DNA of 41,149 nucleotides from a virus (Duplodnaviria > Caudoviricetes), in the IMG/VR virus record IMGVR_UViG_3300047272_000153, positions 1-41,149 of that record; one strand, given 5' to 3'. A model generated the notes under the pieces. That model made no database searches. It saw nothing but the letters and a program-made list of their open reading frames with translations, and had not been told where the DNA came from. A program made the translations under genes and the position numbers. Below, one piece after another: positions 19,423-27,337 of this stretch; within the stretch, counting starts at the first letter, position 1, and each line of letters begins with the position of its first letter.

Positions 19423-21309
19423 CTAACCGAATGTGTCTTGCCACTGCTCTTGATAAGCAGCGTCTAGGTTTATTGTTTGTCGTTTTGATAGTTGTGCTCT
19501 AGTTGCCCAACGGTTTTCCTTGTATCGGTTCGTGAACGAAGCCGCTTGCATTAACTCCTTGGCACGCAATACGCCAAACCACAGCGCCATTACACAGTCG
19601 GTCTTGCCTTTAGTGTTTGGCTTCCATGTCATCAACTGCTGAAGTAAGGCTTTCATACCTTCAGAACCTTCAGTAGATGGGAACTCTATTGAATTGTTAT
19701 TCTGGAACTTGCCATCACGTAGCGTTCCAAAGAACGTAGACATAGATGCCACGCCCATATTAGTGTCCCATTTATTCTTACCAGTAAAGTGTGGCTTTAA
19801 ATCACAACCATACTGGGCAAGCCAGTTGCGCAAATCATCATCTAGGGCGTACCCCTTCTGATGTGCGTTAATCTCAACACGAAGTTCATTAGGTCGGTAC
19901 TTGATTACCAAATCCTCAATCGTGTCACGAATCTTTGCAGGTGTAGGCTCTGACATGTTTATACAGTCAAGCACATATATACGGCTATCAGCAGCATTGT
20001 AGTTAATAACTACGAATGCCGAGTTACCAGTCATAGCAGGGTCAAAGCCGATAATGGTATAACCACTCACACGGCTAGGATGTCCAGCCTTCTCAGGGTC
20101 AAGCACTCCGCGCTTTCGCATCCCGTTAACGCAGCCCTGCACCAAAGGTGCTGAGAAAATTGCGTCTTCGGTTATATCCTCTTGCTGGTAAACCAGCGCC
20201 CACGTTGAAGCAGTTACCTCACCGCGTCGCTTAGATAAAGCCCTGCCGTCCCATTTAGGATATAGCCCATTCTCATCAGGGGTGTCATCATCACCGTCCC
20301 ATGGGATGTCAGACTTAGCCCATAGAGTCTTCCAGTCATCTGGAGTCTCGCCGTATTCTAAGACGGCTGGCATAGCCATATAGGTGAATGGGGTCTTTCC
20401 GTTTGACCAATACTTAGGGTCTCTTAATTCTTTATAGAAGTCGGTAGCCGCAATACGCGTTCCCACAATAAGCAACTTACCGTTCTTACCCAAACGGGTA
20501 ATAACTTCCTTCTGGAGCCAGTTAATCTGCTTCTCATACTCATGGGCGTTAGCCGTAGTAATGCAGTCGTCCAGGATAATCAAATCTGCGCGAGCACCGT
20601 AAATCTGTCCGCCCATACCTAGGGCTTGGATAGTCGGGTCTTTCTCAGATGAATCACGCGCATCGCCACCAAGGTAGACGGTATCCACACGCCACGTATC
20701 AGCGTCGCCCTTCCAACCGCCTTCAGGCCCAAATGTATTTTGCATCTTGGCGTAACGAGGGTGAGACAACCGATTCTTAATTGAGTATACGAACTCGCGT
20801 GCTTTATTCAACGTCTTGGAGACCACTATGATGCGGACGTTAGAGTTGATGGCGATACGGTAGGTCGAGTAGTTCACGGTCACAACCGTGGACTTGGCGT
20901 GCTCAGGAGGCACGTTCACTAGCAGGCGAGTCTGGTCGCCTGGGTCATAGGTCATAGCAGGGTGGAGCCAGGAAGGTTCCTTACCCTCAATCAAGTCAAT
21001 CCAGTCCTGATGGTGGGGAAAGACCTTCGACCCCAAAAACATCTCAGAGAACTGGGCAAATGAAATCTCTTCTTTGGCAATCCCCAGCGCCTTGATGGAG
21101 TTGCTCTTGGCATCCTCCTTGGCTTGCTCCAACCTACGGGCAAAGTCTGGGTCTCGGTAAATCCAAATGCGGGCAGTATCGGGCTTAGACCCAACCTTCT
21201 CCATAGCCTTTGCCAAGGGCATACCCTCAGCCACCAGCATAAGTACTTGCTCTTTGGCTTGGGTATTCTTAGCAGTCTTGGGGTTAGTTGCCCCCTTTTC
21301 GAACGTCAT
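19423..21309 (-). CDS. terL: Terminase large subunit with an N-terminal HTH-like extension
   Basis: Walker A variant VPPEHAKST, GARADLIILDD Walker B, IVGTR coupling motif, nuclease GFDPA and DCVMALW. Confidence 0.9.
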   Translation of the reverse strand: MTFEKGATNPKTAKNTQAKEQVLMLVAEGMPLAKAMEKVGSKPDTARIWIYRDPDFARRLEQAKEDAKSNSIKALGIAKEEISFAQFSEMFLGSKVFPHHQDWIDLIEGKEPSWLHPAMTYDPGDQTRLLVNVPPEHAKSTVVTVNYSTYRIAINSNVRIIVVSKTLNKAREFVYSIKNRLSHPRYAKMQNTFGPEGGWKGDADTWRVDTVYLGGDARDSSEKDPTIQALGMGGQIYGARADLIILDDCITTANAHEYEKQINWLQKEVITRLGKNGKLLIVGTRIAATDFYKELRDPKYWSNGKTPFTYMAMPAVLEYGETPDDWKTLWAKSDIPWDGDDDTPDENGLYPKWDGRALSKRRGEVTASTWALVYQQEDITEDAIFSAPLVQGCVNGMRKRGVLDPEKAGHPSRVSGYTIIGFDPAMTGNSAFVVINYNAADSRIYVLDCINMSEPTPAKIRDTIEDLVIKYRPNELRVEINAHQKGYALDDDLRNWLAQYGCDLKPHFTGKNKWDTNMGVASMSTFFGTLRDGKFQNNNSIEFPSTEGSEGMKALLQQLMTWKPNTKGKTDCVMALWFGVLRAKELMQAASFTNRYKENRWATRAQLSKRQTINLDAAYQEQWQDTFG

Positions 21310-21829
21310 CTAGCCCCCTAGGTTTGGACAGTATTCACCTGCCTTGTAGCAGTTATGTACAGTCTATAGTAACAGAGTGAAGAAGGCTCTAAAAAGACTT
21401 CTGAACTATTTTAGTCTCTATATATACTTAATCCGTTCAAACAGGTCAAACGAACATTTCTGACAGAACTATTTATAAAAGTCCTGCTCAGACTGGGGAG
21501 TACTACTGTACAGAAATATTTTAGGTAGAGATACTATACTGTAGTCAAACACAAATTAAACAATCTAGGGTCAATAGACCCATAGATAGTTTAATGCTGC
21601 CGCTCTATTGTACTGATAGTCTGAGTCGCTGCAGGACATCTATCCCTAGCGCAGTAAAAACCTATCTGCAGTGCGCCAGTTTAAATCCATATACTGCGAT
21701 TGCCGTGTCTATAGCAGTAGGTCTCCTTCCCTATCAAGCCCTTGAAAAGAGCAGGGCTTGACAGTTCCCTCCGACCTATACTGGTCTGGAAGTGTTAGTT
21801 AGAAATCCTAACTACGGAAAGGTACTTCA
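21310..21829. promoter_or_regulatory. Divergent control region (promoters; possible origin or packaging site)
   Basis: Longest ORF-free gap, between divergent arms; several inverted repeats; possible minus-strand promoter TTGACC-17-TATATA at 21449-21421. Confidence 0.55.
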
Positions 21830-21982
21830 ATGAAAATCACTTATGCTCTCTGGCAAGGTTCCAACCTACTAGCCGTAGACCAGACCGCTGAGTCAGTAGA
21901 CGAAATCCTCACCCTCATGACCGAACTAAATAAACTAGGCAGAGGGTTCAGTTTCGTAGTCAGAAAGGTAGAAACCAAATGA
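21830..21982 (+). CDS. 50-aa first early protein
   Basis: Not in the ORF track. MKITYALWQGSNLL...; GAAAGG RBS; ATGA overlap with the next gene. Confidence 0.6.
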   Translation: MKITYALWQGSNLLAVDQTAESVDEILTLMTELNKLGRGFSFVVRKVETK

Positions 21983-22512
21983 CAGAATCACAAGGCATGA
22001 GCATTCAGAACGAGTGTTACGAATGCATGATTATCGCTAGAGACGCTGAGCAGGACTTGCCCGTAGGCAAGTGTCAGACCTGCTTGGACGACGCAGAAGC
22101 CAGAGCAGATGACAAAGCCTGGAACCTGCATGAGGAAGATAGATTAGGGGAAGGCAAGTGCCTAACCTACGATACAAGTGACGCTCCCTCGGCAAGCGAG
22201 TGGGTCGCGTCAGAAACATACGTCAAACCACAAGAATGGAGAGTTAAGATGACCGAAGAATGGTCAGAAAGATGTCAGTTAATAGAACTCGCGGTGAAGT
22301 TTATAGACACAGACGAACCAGTAACCCGCAGCGAGTTCTTGCCACCTATTGCCCAACTCCTAGACGGTGGTGTCTATGAGCAACTATGGGAACTTGATGA
22401 CTTCGCTCAAAGCCAGCGTGAGAAAGAATGCCAATGGTGTCACATTCTCACCCCAAAGATATTCAACGACTGCCAATCATGTGATAAGCCGTTGGAGAAC
22501 AACTTAATATAA
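21979..22512 (+). CDS. Acidic protein with two CxxC pairs (Zn-binding)
   Basis: 177 aa; CYEC/CQTC at the N-terminus and CQWC/CQSC at the C-terminus. Confidence 0.65.
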   Translation: MTESQGMSIQNECYECMIIARDAEQDLPVGKCQTCLDDAEARADDKAWNLHEEDRLGEGKCLTYDTSDAPSASEWVASETYVKPQEWRVKMTEEWSERCQLIELAVKFIDTDEPVTRSEFLPPIAQLLDGGVYEQLWELDDFAQSQREKECQWCHILTPKIFNDCQSCDKPLENNLI

Positions 22513-22518
22513 GAACTA

Positions 22519-22555
22519 CAGGGTTCCCCTGCCGTCTGCGACAGGGGCAACCCTG
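22519..22555 (+). promoter_or_regulatory. Intergenic hairpin
   Basis: CAGGGTT-CCCCTG...CAGGGG-C-AACCCTG; no U-tract. Confidence 0.5.
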
Positions 22556-22588
22556 ACCAACTAACTACTAATAAGGAGATAGCAAGAC

Positions 22589-22948
22589 ATGATTCAAAAT
22601 ACATTCACAGTTAGTGGCAACATCAAGGCGTTCACTGACAAATCTATCAAGACAAATGACTACGGTACTCAACTAATCGGTTGGCTAAGCCAGCGTGATG
22701 TACCACGCATGAGCAACGGTGACGCAGTAGGCTCACCTAAATATGTGGTTGGAGTTGGCTTCAAAGCCACCGACCCAAAGGTCGTTAAGACACTAATTGA
22801 ACTTGACCAACAGCGTCAAGGTCAGCCAGAGTCTCGCACAGTAACTCTTACTGGACGACTAACCCAATGGATTTCTAAGTCCAAGACTACTGGTGCAGAC
22901 GAGTTCCGCTATCAGTTGGAAGTCCACAACGTAGAAGTTGTAGCGTAA
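22589..22948 (+). CDS. Putative OB-fold single-stranded DNA-binding protein
   Basis: 119 aa; NTFTVSGNI...TVTLTGRL...YQLEVHNVE follows the SSB beta-strand pattern; no acidic tail. Confidence 0.5.
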   Translation: MIQNTFTVSGNIKAFTDKSIKTNDYGTQLIGWLSQRDVPRMSNGDAVGSPKYVVGVGFKATDPKVVKTLIELDQQRQGQPESRTVTLTGRLTQWISKSKTTGADEFRYQLEVHNVEVVA

Positions 22949-22953
22949 AGGCA

Positions 22954-22997
22954 AGGGAGTGGGTGGCTCAGGCTGCTCACTCCCTCTCCCTTTTTTT
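22954..22997 (+). terminator. Intrinsic terminator
   Basis: AGGGAGTGGGTGGC-TCAG-GCTGCTCACTCCCT followed closely by T7. Confidence 0.7.
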
Positions 22998-23059
22998 GTG
23001 GGGGCCAGGCGTACAAAAGCAGTAAGCAGCGAGTTCACAACTTTTTTTAAGGAGAGATT

Positions 23060-23239
23060 ATGTACATATCATTAGGCACTGCTATCGGATTGACTATAGC
23101 GTTAGGCGTTAGTCTATTCCTAGTAATCATAACTACATATGCAAACTTCCTATTACTACGACAGAATAAATACCTGAAGTCTAGACTGCGAGCATGGCGT
23201 AATGCATGTCAGCGTCAGCATGTAGAAGTACCCTTCTAA
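23060..23239 (+). CDS. 59-aa single-pass membrane protein
   Basis: Not in the ORF track. MYISLGTAIGLTIALGVSLFLVIITTY..., basic tail, AAGGAG RBS. Confidence 0.65.
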   Translation: MYISLGTAIGLTIALGVSLFLVIITTYANFLLLRQNKYLKSRLRAWRNACQRQHVEVPF

Positions 23240-23265
23240 TCAACTAACAGAAAGAGAGAGCACAG

Positions 23266-23769
23266 ATGACCACAGCAACAATGACCCTGAATGACCGACT
23301 CGTAGAGTTAGGCGTACTCGGAGACCAGAAAGACAAGACAATCCAACAAAAGGGTGCAACCCTAGTCAATACATTCTTCATGTCTTTCAATGGAGAAGCA
23401 ACAGATGAGACAGTAGCAAACATCCTTCACTACCTAACAGACATTCAGGTACGTGACTATGCCCTAGGCATCATTGATAAATATGACGCTAAGGCTATGC
23501 AAGATACACTTAACTACCTATTAGACAAGGCTCCAACAGACAGCGCCTTTATCAATGCGCCAGCATGTTTGCTTGCCGCATTCCTATATGAACGTGGAGA
23601 TACTGCAAGTGCAGCAATCACACTAACCAATGCTCAGCAGTATTACTCGTTGGCTATATTGCTACGCCGTGTGATGATGGCAGGCTGGCCTGGAACATCA
23701 TTTACTACCATGCGTAATGACCTACATCCAAAGGTGGTTGCAGGTATCTTCGGAGAGGAAGATGAATGA
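23266..23769 (+). CDS. DUF4192-like protein
   Basis: LTDIQVRD...APACLLAAFLYERGD...YSLAILL...GWP resembles the C-terminal half of actinobacterial DUF4192. Confidence 0.65.
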   Translation: MTTATMTLNDRLVELGVLGDQKDKTIQQKGATLVNTFFMSFNGEATDETVANILHYLTDIQVRDYALGIIDKYDAKAMQDTLNYLLDKAPTDSAFINAPACLLAAFLYERGDTASAAITLTNAQQYYSLAILLRRVMMAGWPGTSFTTMRNDLHPKVVAGIFGEEDE

Positions 23770-24029
23770 GACTGCATGATGTCTTGTTTATGGCTGACCA
23801 CTTTGTAATGGTCACCAGTATACATACAGATACAATCATAAGTGAGGAAGAGATAGAAGCAATCGCCTGGAAGCGATTGTCTGATGAGTACGGTGATGAT
23901 TGGGTTGAAGCAACCAAGTCATTCATCAACCGAGTATCTATCGAAGGATTTGTAGGAGTAGATGACTCAGATGTATATACTATACCAGAGGCTGGAGACC
24001 CAGCAGATGCGGGGATAGATGGTGCCTGA
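23766..24029 (+). CDS. Acidic hypothetical protein
   Basis: 87 aa, ATGA overlap with the previous gene. Confidence 0.55.
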   Translation: MRLHDVLFMADHFVMVTSIHTDTIISEEEIEAIAWKRLSDEYGDDWVEATKSFINRVSIEGFVGVDDSDVYTIPEAGDPADAGIDGA

Positions 24030-24153
24030 ACCAAGAGAAGAAGATAACATAGCACTAGACAAAGATATAGAGTGCGACGATTGTGGTTGCTTTATATTTG
24101 AGTGCATATGCAATGAGCCAGACGTAATGTACGCTGACCATTATGAAGACTAG
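24019..24153 (+). CDS. 44-aa acidic Cys-rich peptide
   Basis: Not in the ORF track. MVPEPREEDNIALDKDIECDDCGCFIFECIC...; fills the gap. Confidence 0.5.
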   Translation: MVPEPREEDNIALDKDIECDDCGCFIFECICNEPDVMYADHYED

Positions 24154-24370
24154 AGATAGAAAGAAACTATTAATACACGGCTACCCAAAGTGTTGTGCTA
24201 ATTGTGACTACTACATATATCTTGACCAAGATTATATGACTATCTCAATAGGTTATGGCAACCAGCAATGGTTCCATACAGACTACAATGGTTGCCGAGA
24301 CTCAGAGTTTATGCCAATCATACATACACATAGAAGCAAAGAAAGAGGACAATCCGCTTATGAAGGATAG
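24143..24370 (+). CDS. Small Zn-finger-like protein
   Basis: 75 aa, CANC...FH....GC. Confidence 0.5.
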   Translation: MKTRDRKKLLIHGYPKCCANCDYYIYLDQDYMTISIGYGNQQWFHTDYNGCRDSEFMPIIHTHRSKERGQSAYEG

Positions 24371-24791
24371 TGTAAAGAAATACATAGCAGTATTCGTTGC
24401 TACATTCCTATCATTCGGTGCCTTTATTGGCATCCCATTCAAGTCATATGTTAAACAGATAGAAAGCAATCCAAAGTGTTTAGATGTCGGGCCACGTATA
24501 TGGAGCAAGCACATGGCTAAGACATATGCAGTTGGCTACATGCGTATTCATTATCCTCAATGGGGGCGAGCAGAACAGCGAGCACTCATGAAACTATGGG
24601 GTAAAGAGTCAGCATGGAATCACAAGGCAGACAATCCAAACTCATCAGCCTATGGTATTGCACAGATACTAGGTACAAAACCTGGAACCCCAGCCCCGCT
24701 TCAGATTGAGCGGGGGCTGGAGTACATAGTCCATAGGTACGACAGACCTTCCGTAGCCTGGTCACATTGGAGAAAGAAAGGTTGGTATTAA
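24360..24791 (+). CDS. Membrane-anchored lytic transglycosylase (SLT/lysozyme-like)
   Basis: N-terminal TM/signal segment; LWGKESAWNHKADNPNSSAYGIAQ...QIERGLEYIVHRY...GWY is the actinobacterial transglycosylase pattern with catalytic Glu in ES. Confidence 0.8.
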   Translation: MKDSVKKYIAVFVATFLSFGAFIGIPFKSYVKQIESNPKCLDVGPRIWSKHMAKTYAVGYMRIHYPQWGRAEQRALMKLWGKESAWNHKADNPNSSAYGIAQILGTKPGTPAPLQIERGLEYIVHRYDRPSVAWSHWRKKGWY

Positions 24792-24946
24792 TATCAAACA
24801 ATATTATACAGTTAAATGTTTTATAGAAGCCAATGCAAAAGATGATGACGAAGCACTCGCAATGGTTGTGGATGCTTGCAAGTTATACGGACTAAACTTT
24901 ATAGGTTGGTCTGAAGTTAAGTTAAACTACGCAGAAAGAGAGAGCA

Positions 24947-25960
24947 ATGTTAAGTGAGGCATACTTAAACAAGTCAGCAGAAATAGTACGTAAACAATCA
25001 TGGGCGCAAGCAGGAACTGCGGTTAACGCAGGGTCTGCATCAGAAGCAGCACGACAGGCTGGTCTTGATTGGACAGTAGAACTATCTGACATGTTTACAG
25101 AACGCAAGACAGTTGTATCACCATTTGAAACCGTAACTGAAAAGTTAGAAGTACCTAAGCGTCAAGCAGTTGTTAAGCGCACCGAACAAGGTGAGTCAGT
25201 CATTGGTGTAGTTGGTGACAAGTACAAAATTGTGCAGAACATGGAAGTATTTAGTGCGCTAGATACACTAGTAGATTCAGGCGAAGCACGGTATACAGCA
25301 GCAGGTGAGTACAACAATGGCGCTAACATCTGGATGGTAATGGAACTACCAACTGGTGTGCAGGTAGCCAATGACCCACATGCTGCATTCTTACTAGTCC
25401 AATCATCACATGATGGTTCATGTGCAGTACGTATCCGCCCTATCATTGAGCGTTTATTCTGCGCTAATCAGATTAGTCGCATCATCATGGGCAAAAAGAC
25501 AAACGATTACACCTATGTTATGAAGCACACCACCAACTCAAAGTTGTCGGTCAATGACATCCGTAACATTACACAGTTAACTTATAGTTCTATTCAACAG
25601 TATGAAGAGATTGCAGGTAATCTACTGCAGCGTAAGGTTGATGACCGTCAAGTTAAGAACATCTTCAAACAAGTATGGGCGCTACCATCTACAGTTGAAG
25701 ATACACCTGAGCATTTACTATCACAAGGTGAGAAGCGTCAGCGCACTATCGCCTTGACTGGTCGTGAATCAGCATGGAATATCTACAGCCAATCACATAC
25801 ACAAGAGAACATCAGAGGCACAGCCTTCGGTGTATGGCAGGCAGTCATTGAACATGCAGACCACTTCGCTTCTGGCGGCGCGGAGCGTCGTGCCGTCGCC
25901 ACCATCAGCGGACGCAACGACAAGATAAAGAACAAGGCACTAGGCTTAGTGCTTGCATAA
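24947..25960 (+). CDS. DUF932 family protein
   Basis: 337 aa; AGLDWTV, GVVGDKYKIVQN, SHDGS, RLFCANQ, GTAFGVWQAVIEHADH. Confidence 0.85.
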   Translation: MLSEAYLNKSAEIVRKQSWAQAGTAVNAGSASEAARQAGLDWTVELSDMFTERKTVVSPFETVTEKLEVPKRQAVVKRTEQGESVIGVVGDKYKIVQNMEVFSALDTLVDSGEARYTAAGEYNNGANIWMVMELPTGVQVANDPHAAFLLVQSSHDGSCAVRIRPIIERLFCANQISRIIMGKKTNDYTYVMKHTTNSKLSVNDIRNITQLTYSSIQQYEEIAGNLLQRKVDDRQVKNIFKQVWALPSTVEDTPEHLLSQGEKRQRTIALTGRESAWNIYSQSHTQENIRGTAFGVWQAVIEHADHFASGGAERRAVATISGRNDKIKNKALGLVLA

Positions 25961-26057
25961 AGTTCCACATACATGGATACTATTCCATACACGTGGATAG
26001 ATTCACCTGCTGATACCCTACCCCGCTACAGGGGCTGCATTGAAGCCTGTTGAATCA

Positions 26058-26085
26058 ACACCTGAGCATGTGTATAAACTGCTCA
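26058..26085 (+). ncRNA. Compact H-type pseudoknot upstream of an RBS
   Basis: S1 ACAC(26058-61)/GTGT(26070-73); S2 TGAGCA(26063-68)/TGCTCA(26080-85); A-rich loop ATAAAC. Confidence 0.55.
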
Positions 26086-26106
26086 CTATCAACGAGAGAG
26101 GAACAC

Positions 26107-26490
26107 ATGAATACAATAACAATCGGTTCAGTAACATATAATGAATCAGAAGTAAAGCACTACATTGACAACTCTAACAGAAAAACAGAGGCACTAGTTG
26201 ACACTAAATATAAAGTACGAGACTTCTTTAGTGAGCGTGAATGGGAGAACAGCCAAACAACAGTCACTCGTAGTGAAGTCAACGAGTTATTCTCAGCAAT
26301 CGGAGTTGACCACCTCAGAGGAAAGTATAAAGCAACTGTTACAATTACTGCTTACATTGATGACTACCCAGCACAAGACGAAGATGATGCAATCTCTTCC
26401 CTTGAAGACGATATTGAAGTAAGCGTTGGTTCTGCTGCTACTATAACAGTAGATAGAATTGAAGTAGATGATGTCGAAGAAGACGACTAG
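26107..26490 (+). CDS. Acidic hypothetical protein
   Basis: GAGAGG RBS precedes the ATG at 26107 (the track start at 26050 lies inside the structured RNA). Confidence 0.65.
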   Translation: MNTITIGSVTYNESEVKHYIDNSNRKTEALVDTKYKVRDFFSEREWENSQTTVTRSEVNELFSAIGVDHLRGKYKATVTITAYIDDYPAQDEDDAISSLEDDIEVSVGSAATITVDRIEVDDVEEDD

Positions 26491-26590
26491 AAAGCAATGC
26501 TATAGGTGTGGTGACACACCAGTACATTATGACGGGATAACAGACAGAGCAGTATGCTGCGATTGTTGGGGGGATTGTAAACATGAGTAA
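26471..26590 (+). CDS. 39-aa Zn-finger peptide
   Basis: Not in the ORF track. MSKKTTRKQCYRCG...VCCDCWGDCKHE. Confidence 0.45.
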   Translation: MSKKTTRKQCYRCGDTPVHYDGITDRAVCCDCWGDCKHE

Positions 26591-26705
26591 ACAAGAAACT
26601 AAACGACAGACATGGGCATGTGCAGATTGTGGTGCTACCACTACTGACCCAACCCATCAGTTAATTGTATACTTCCATATGAATTGCCCAGCAAGAAGCA
26701 AGTAA
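26583..26705 (+). CDS. 40-aa Zn-finger peptide
   Basis: Not in the ORF track. MSKQETKRQTWACADCG...FHMNCP; TAATG coupling to the next gene. Confidence 0.5.
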   Translation: MSKQETKRQTWACADCGATTTDPTHQLIVYFHMNCPARSK

Positions 26706-26887
26706 TGGATACAGATACACAAGAATACTATGTAAGATTAAAGATGAGTCATGCTGAACAAGTAGAACAGTTTGGCTGGTGCATGTGCGAAGACAATGAG
26801 TGTATTGAATGTTCAAAAAATCTTACAGCAGATGACCACGGCTCTGATACATGTCAGTTTTGCCAAGGTAATTTAAGGAGAAGGTAA
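26705..26887 (+). CDS. Small Cys-rich protein
   Basis: MDTDTQEYY...WCMCED.ECIEC...CQFC; coupled at both ends. Confidence 0.55.
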   Translation: MDTDTQEYYVRLKMSHAEQVEQFGWCMCEDNECIECSKNLTADDHGSDTCQFCQGNLRRR

Positions 26888-27261
26888 TGAGCCATGCTTA
26901 TGTTCCATACAACGGTACTGCTGGCTGGTCAGGTACGGATACATCTCAACAAAGAGCGTTAGATAATATCCACTCTGGTCGGGAATTAAACAACCAGCAA
27001 TTAGCGTTAAAATATTTAAAAGAAGCAGGTGAAATAGGGCTAACCTGGAAAGAGTTAGCCACACGAACAGGCTGGCATCATGGTACTACTAGCGGTATCT
27101 TGTCGGTATTGCACCAGTCAGGTGCAATAGTACGTTCCGTTAAGATACGCAACAGATGCAAGGTATACGTGCATCAAAATTATAAAGACATGGTAGTACA
27201 TGAAGTATATAAGAAGCGAGAAAAACTTTGTCCGCATTGCGGCAATGACATCAATGCATAA
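26887..27261 (+). CDS. Winged-HTH DNA-binding protein with a C-terminal Zn knuckle
   Basis: GLTWKELATRTGWHHGTTSGILSVLHQSGAI wHTH pattern; CPHCG. Confidence 0.65.
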   Translation: MSHAYVPYNGTAGWSGTDTSQQRALDNIHSGRELNNQQLALKYLKEAGEIGLTWKELATRTGWHHGTTSGILSVLHQSGAIVRSVKIRNRCKVYVHQNYKDMVVHEVYKKREKLCPHCGNDINA

Positions 27262-27272
27262 GCCGTTCCTTA

Positions 27273-27281
27273 TGCTATGAT
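27273..27281 (+). promoter_or_regulatory. Extended -10 promoter (TG-C-TATGAT) for the replication operon
   Basis: Matches the TGn-TAnnnT consensus; predicted start at ~27288. Confidence 0.55.
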
Positions 27282-27287
27282 GGGACA

Positions 27288-27337
27288 ACCAGATGGGCGG
27301 TAGGTTTTGGCTCTCTCCTTGTCCTACCCCCACTGGT
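27288..27337 (+). ncRNA. Hairpin with an exposed anti-Shine-Dalgarno loop (candidate sRNA or leader)
   Basis: ACCAG-a-TGGG-c-GGTAGG pairs with CCTACC-CCCA-CTGGT; loop TTTTGGCTCTCTCCTTGT. Confidence 0.55.

Noticed and set aside
67-21321. Plus-strand ORFs in the late arm (e.g. 2478-3044, 4748-5203, 7593-8108)
   Set aside because: Antisense shadows of well-supported minus-strand genes, without RBS or motifs.
21758-21782. TTGACA...TATACT sigma70 promoter
   Set aside because: The spacer is only 13 nt, too short for a canonical promoter; not called.
26001-26050. Hammerhead ribozyme (CTGAT...GAA)
   Set aside because: Lacks the CUGANGA and GAAA core; kept only as generic structure.
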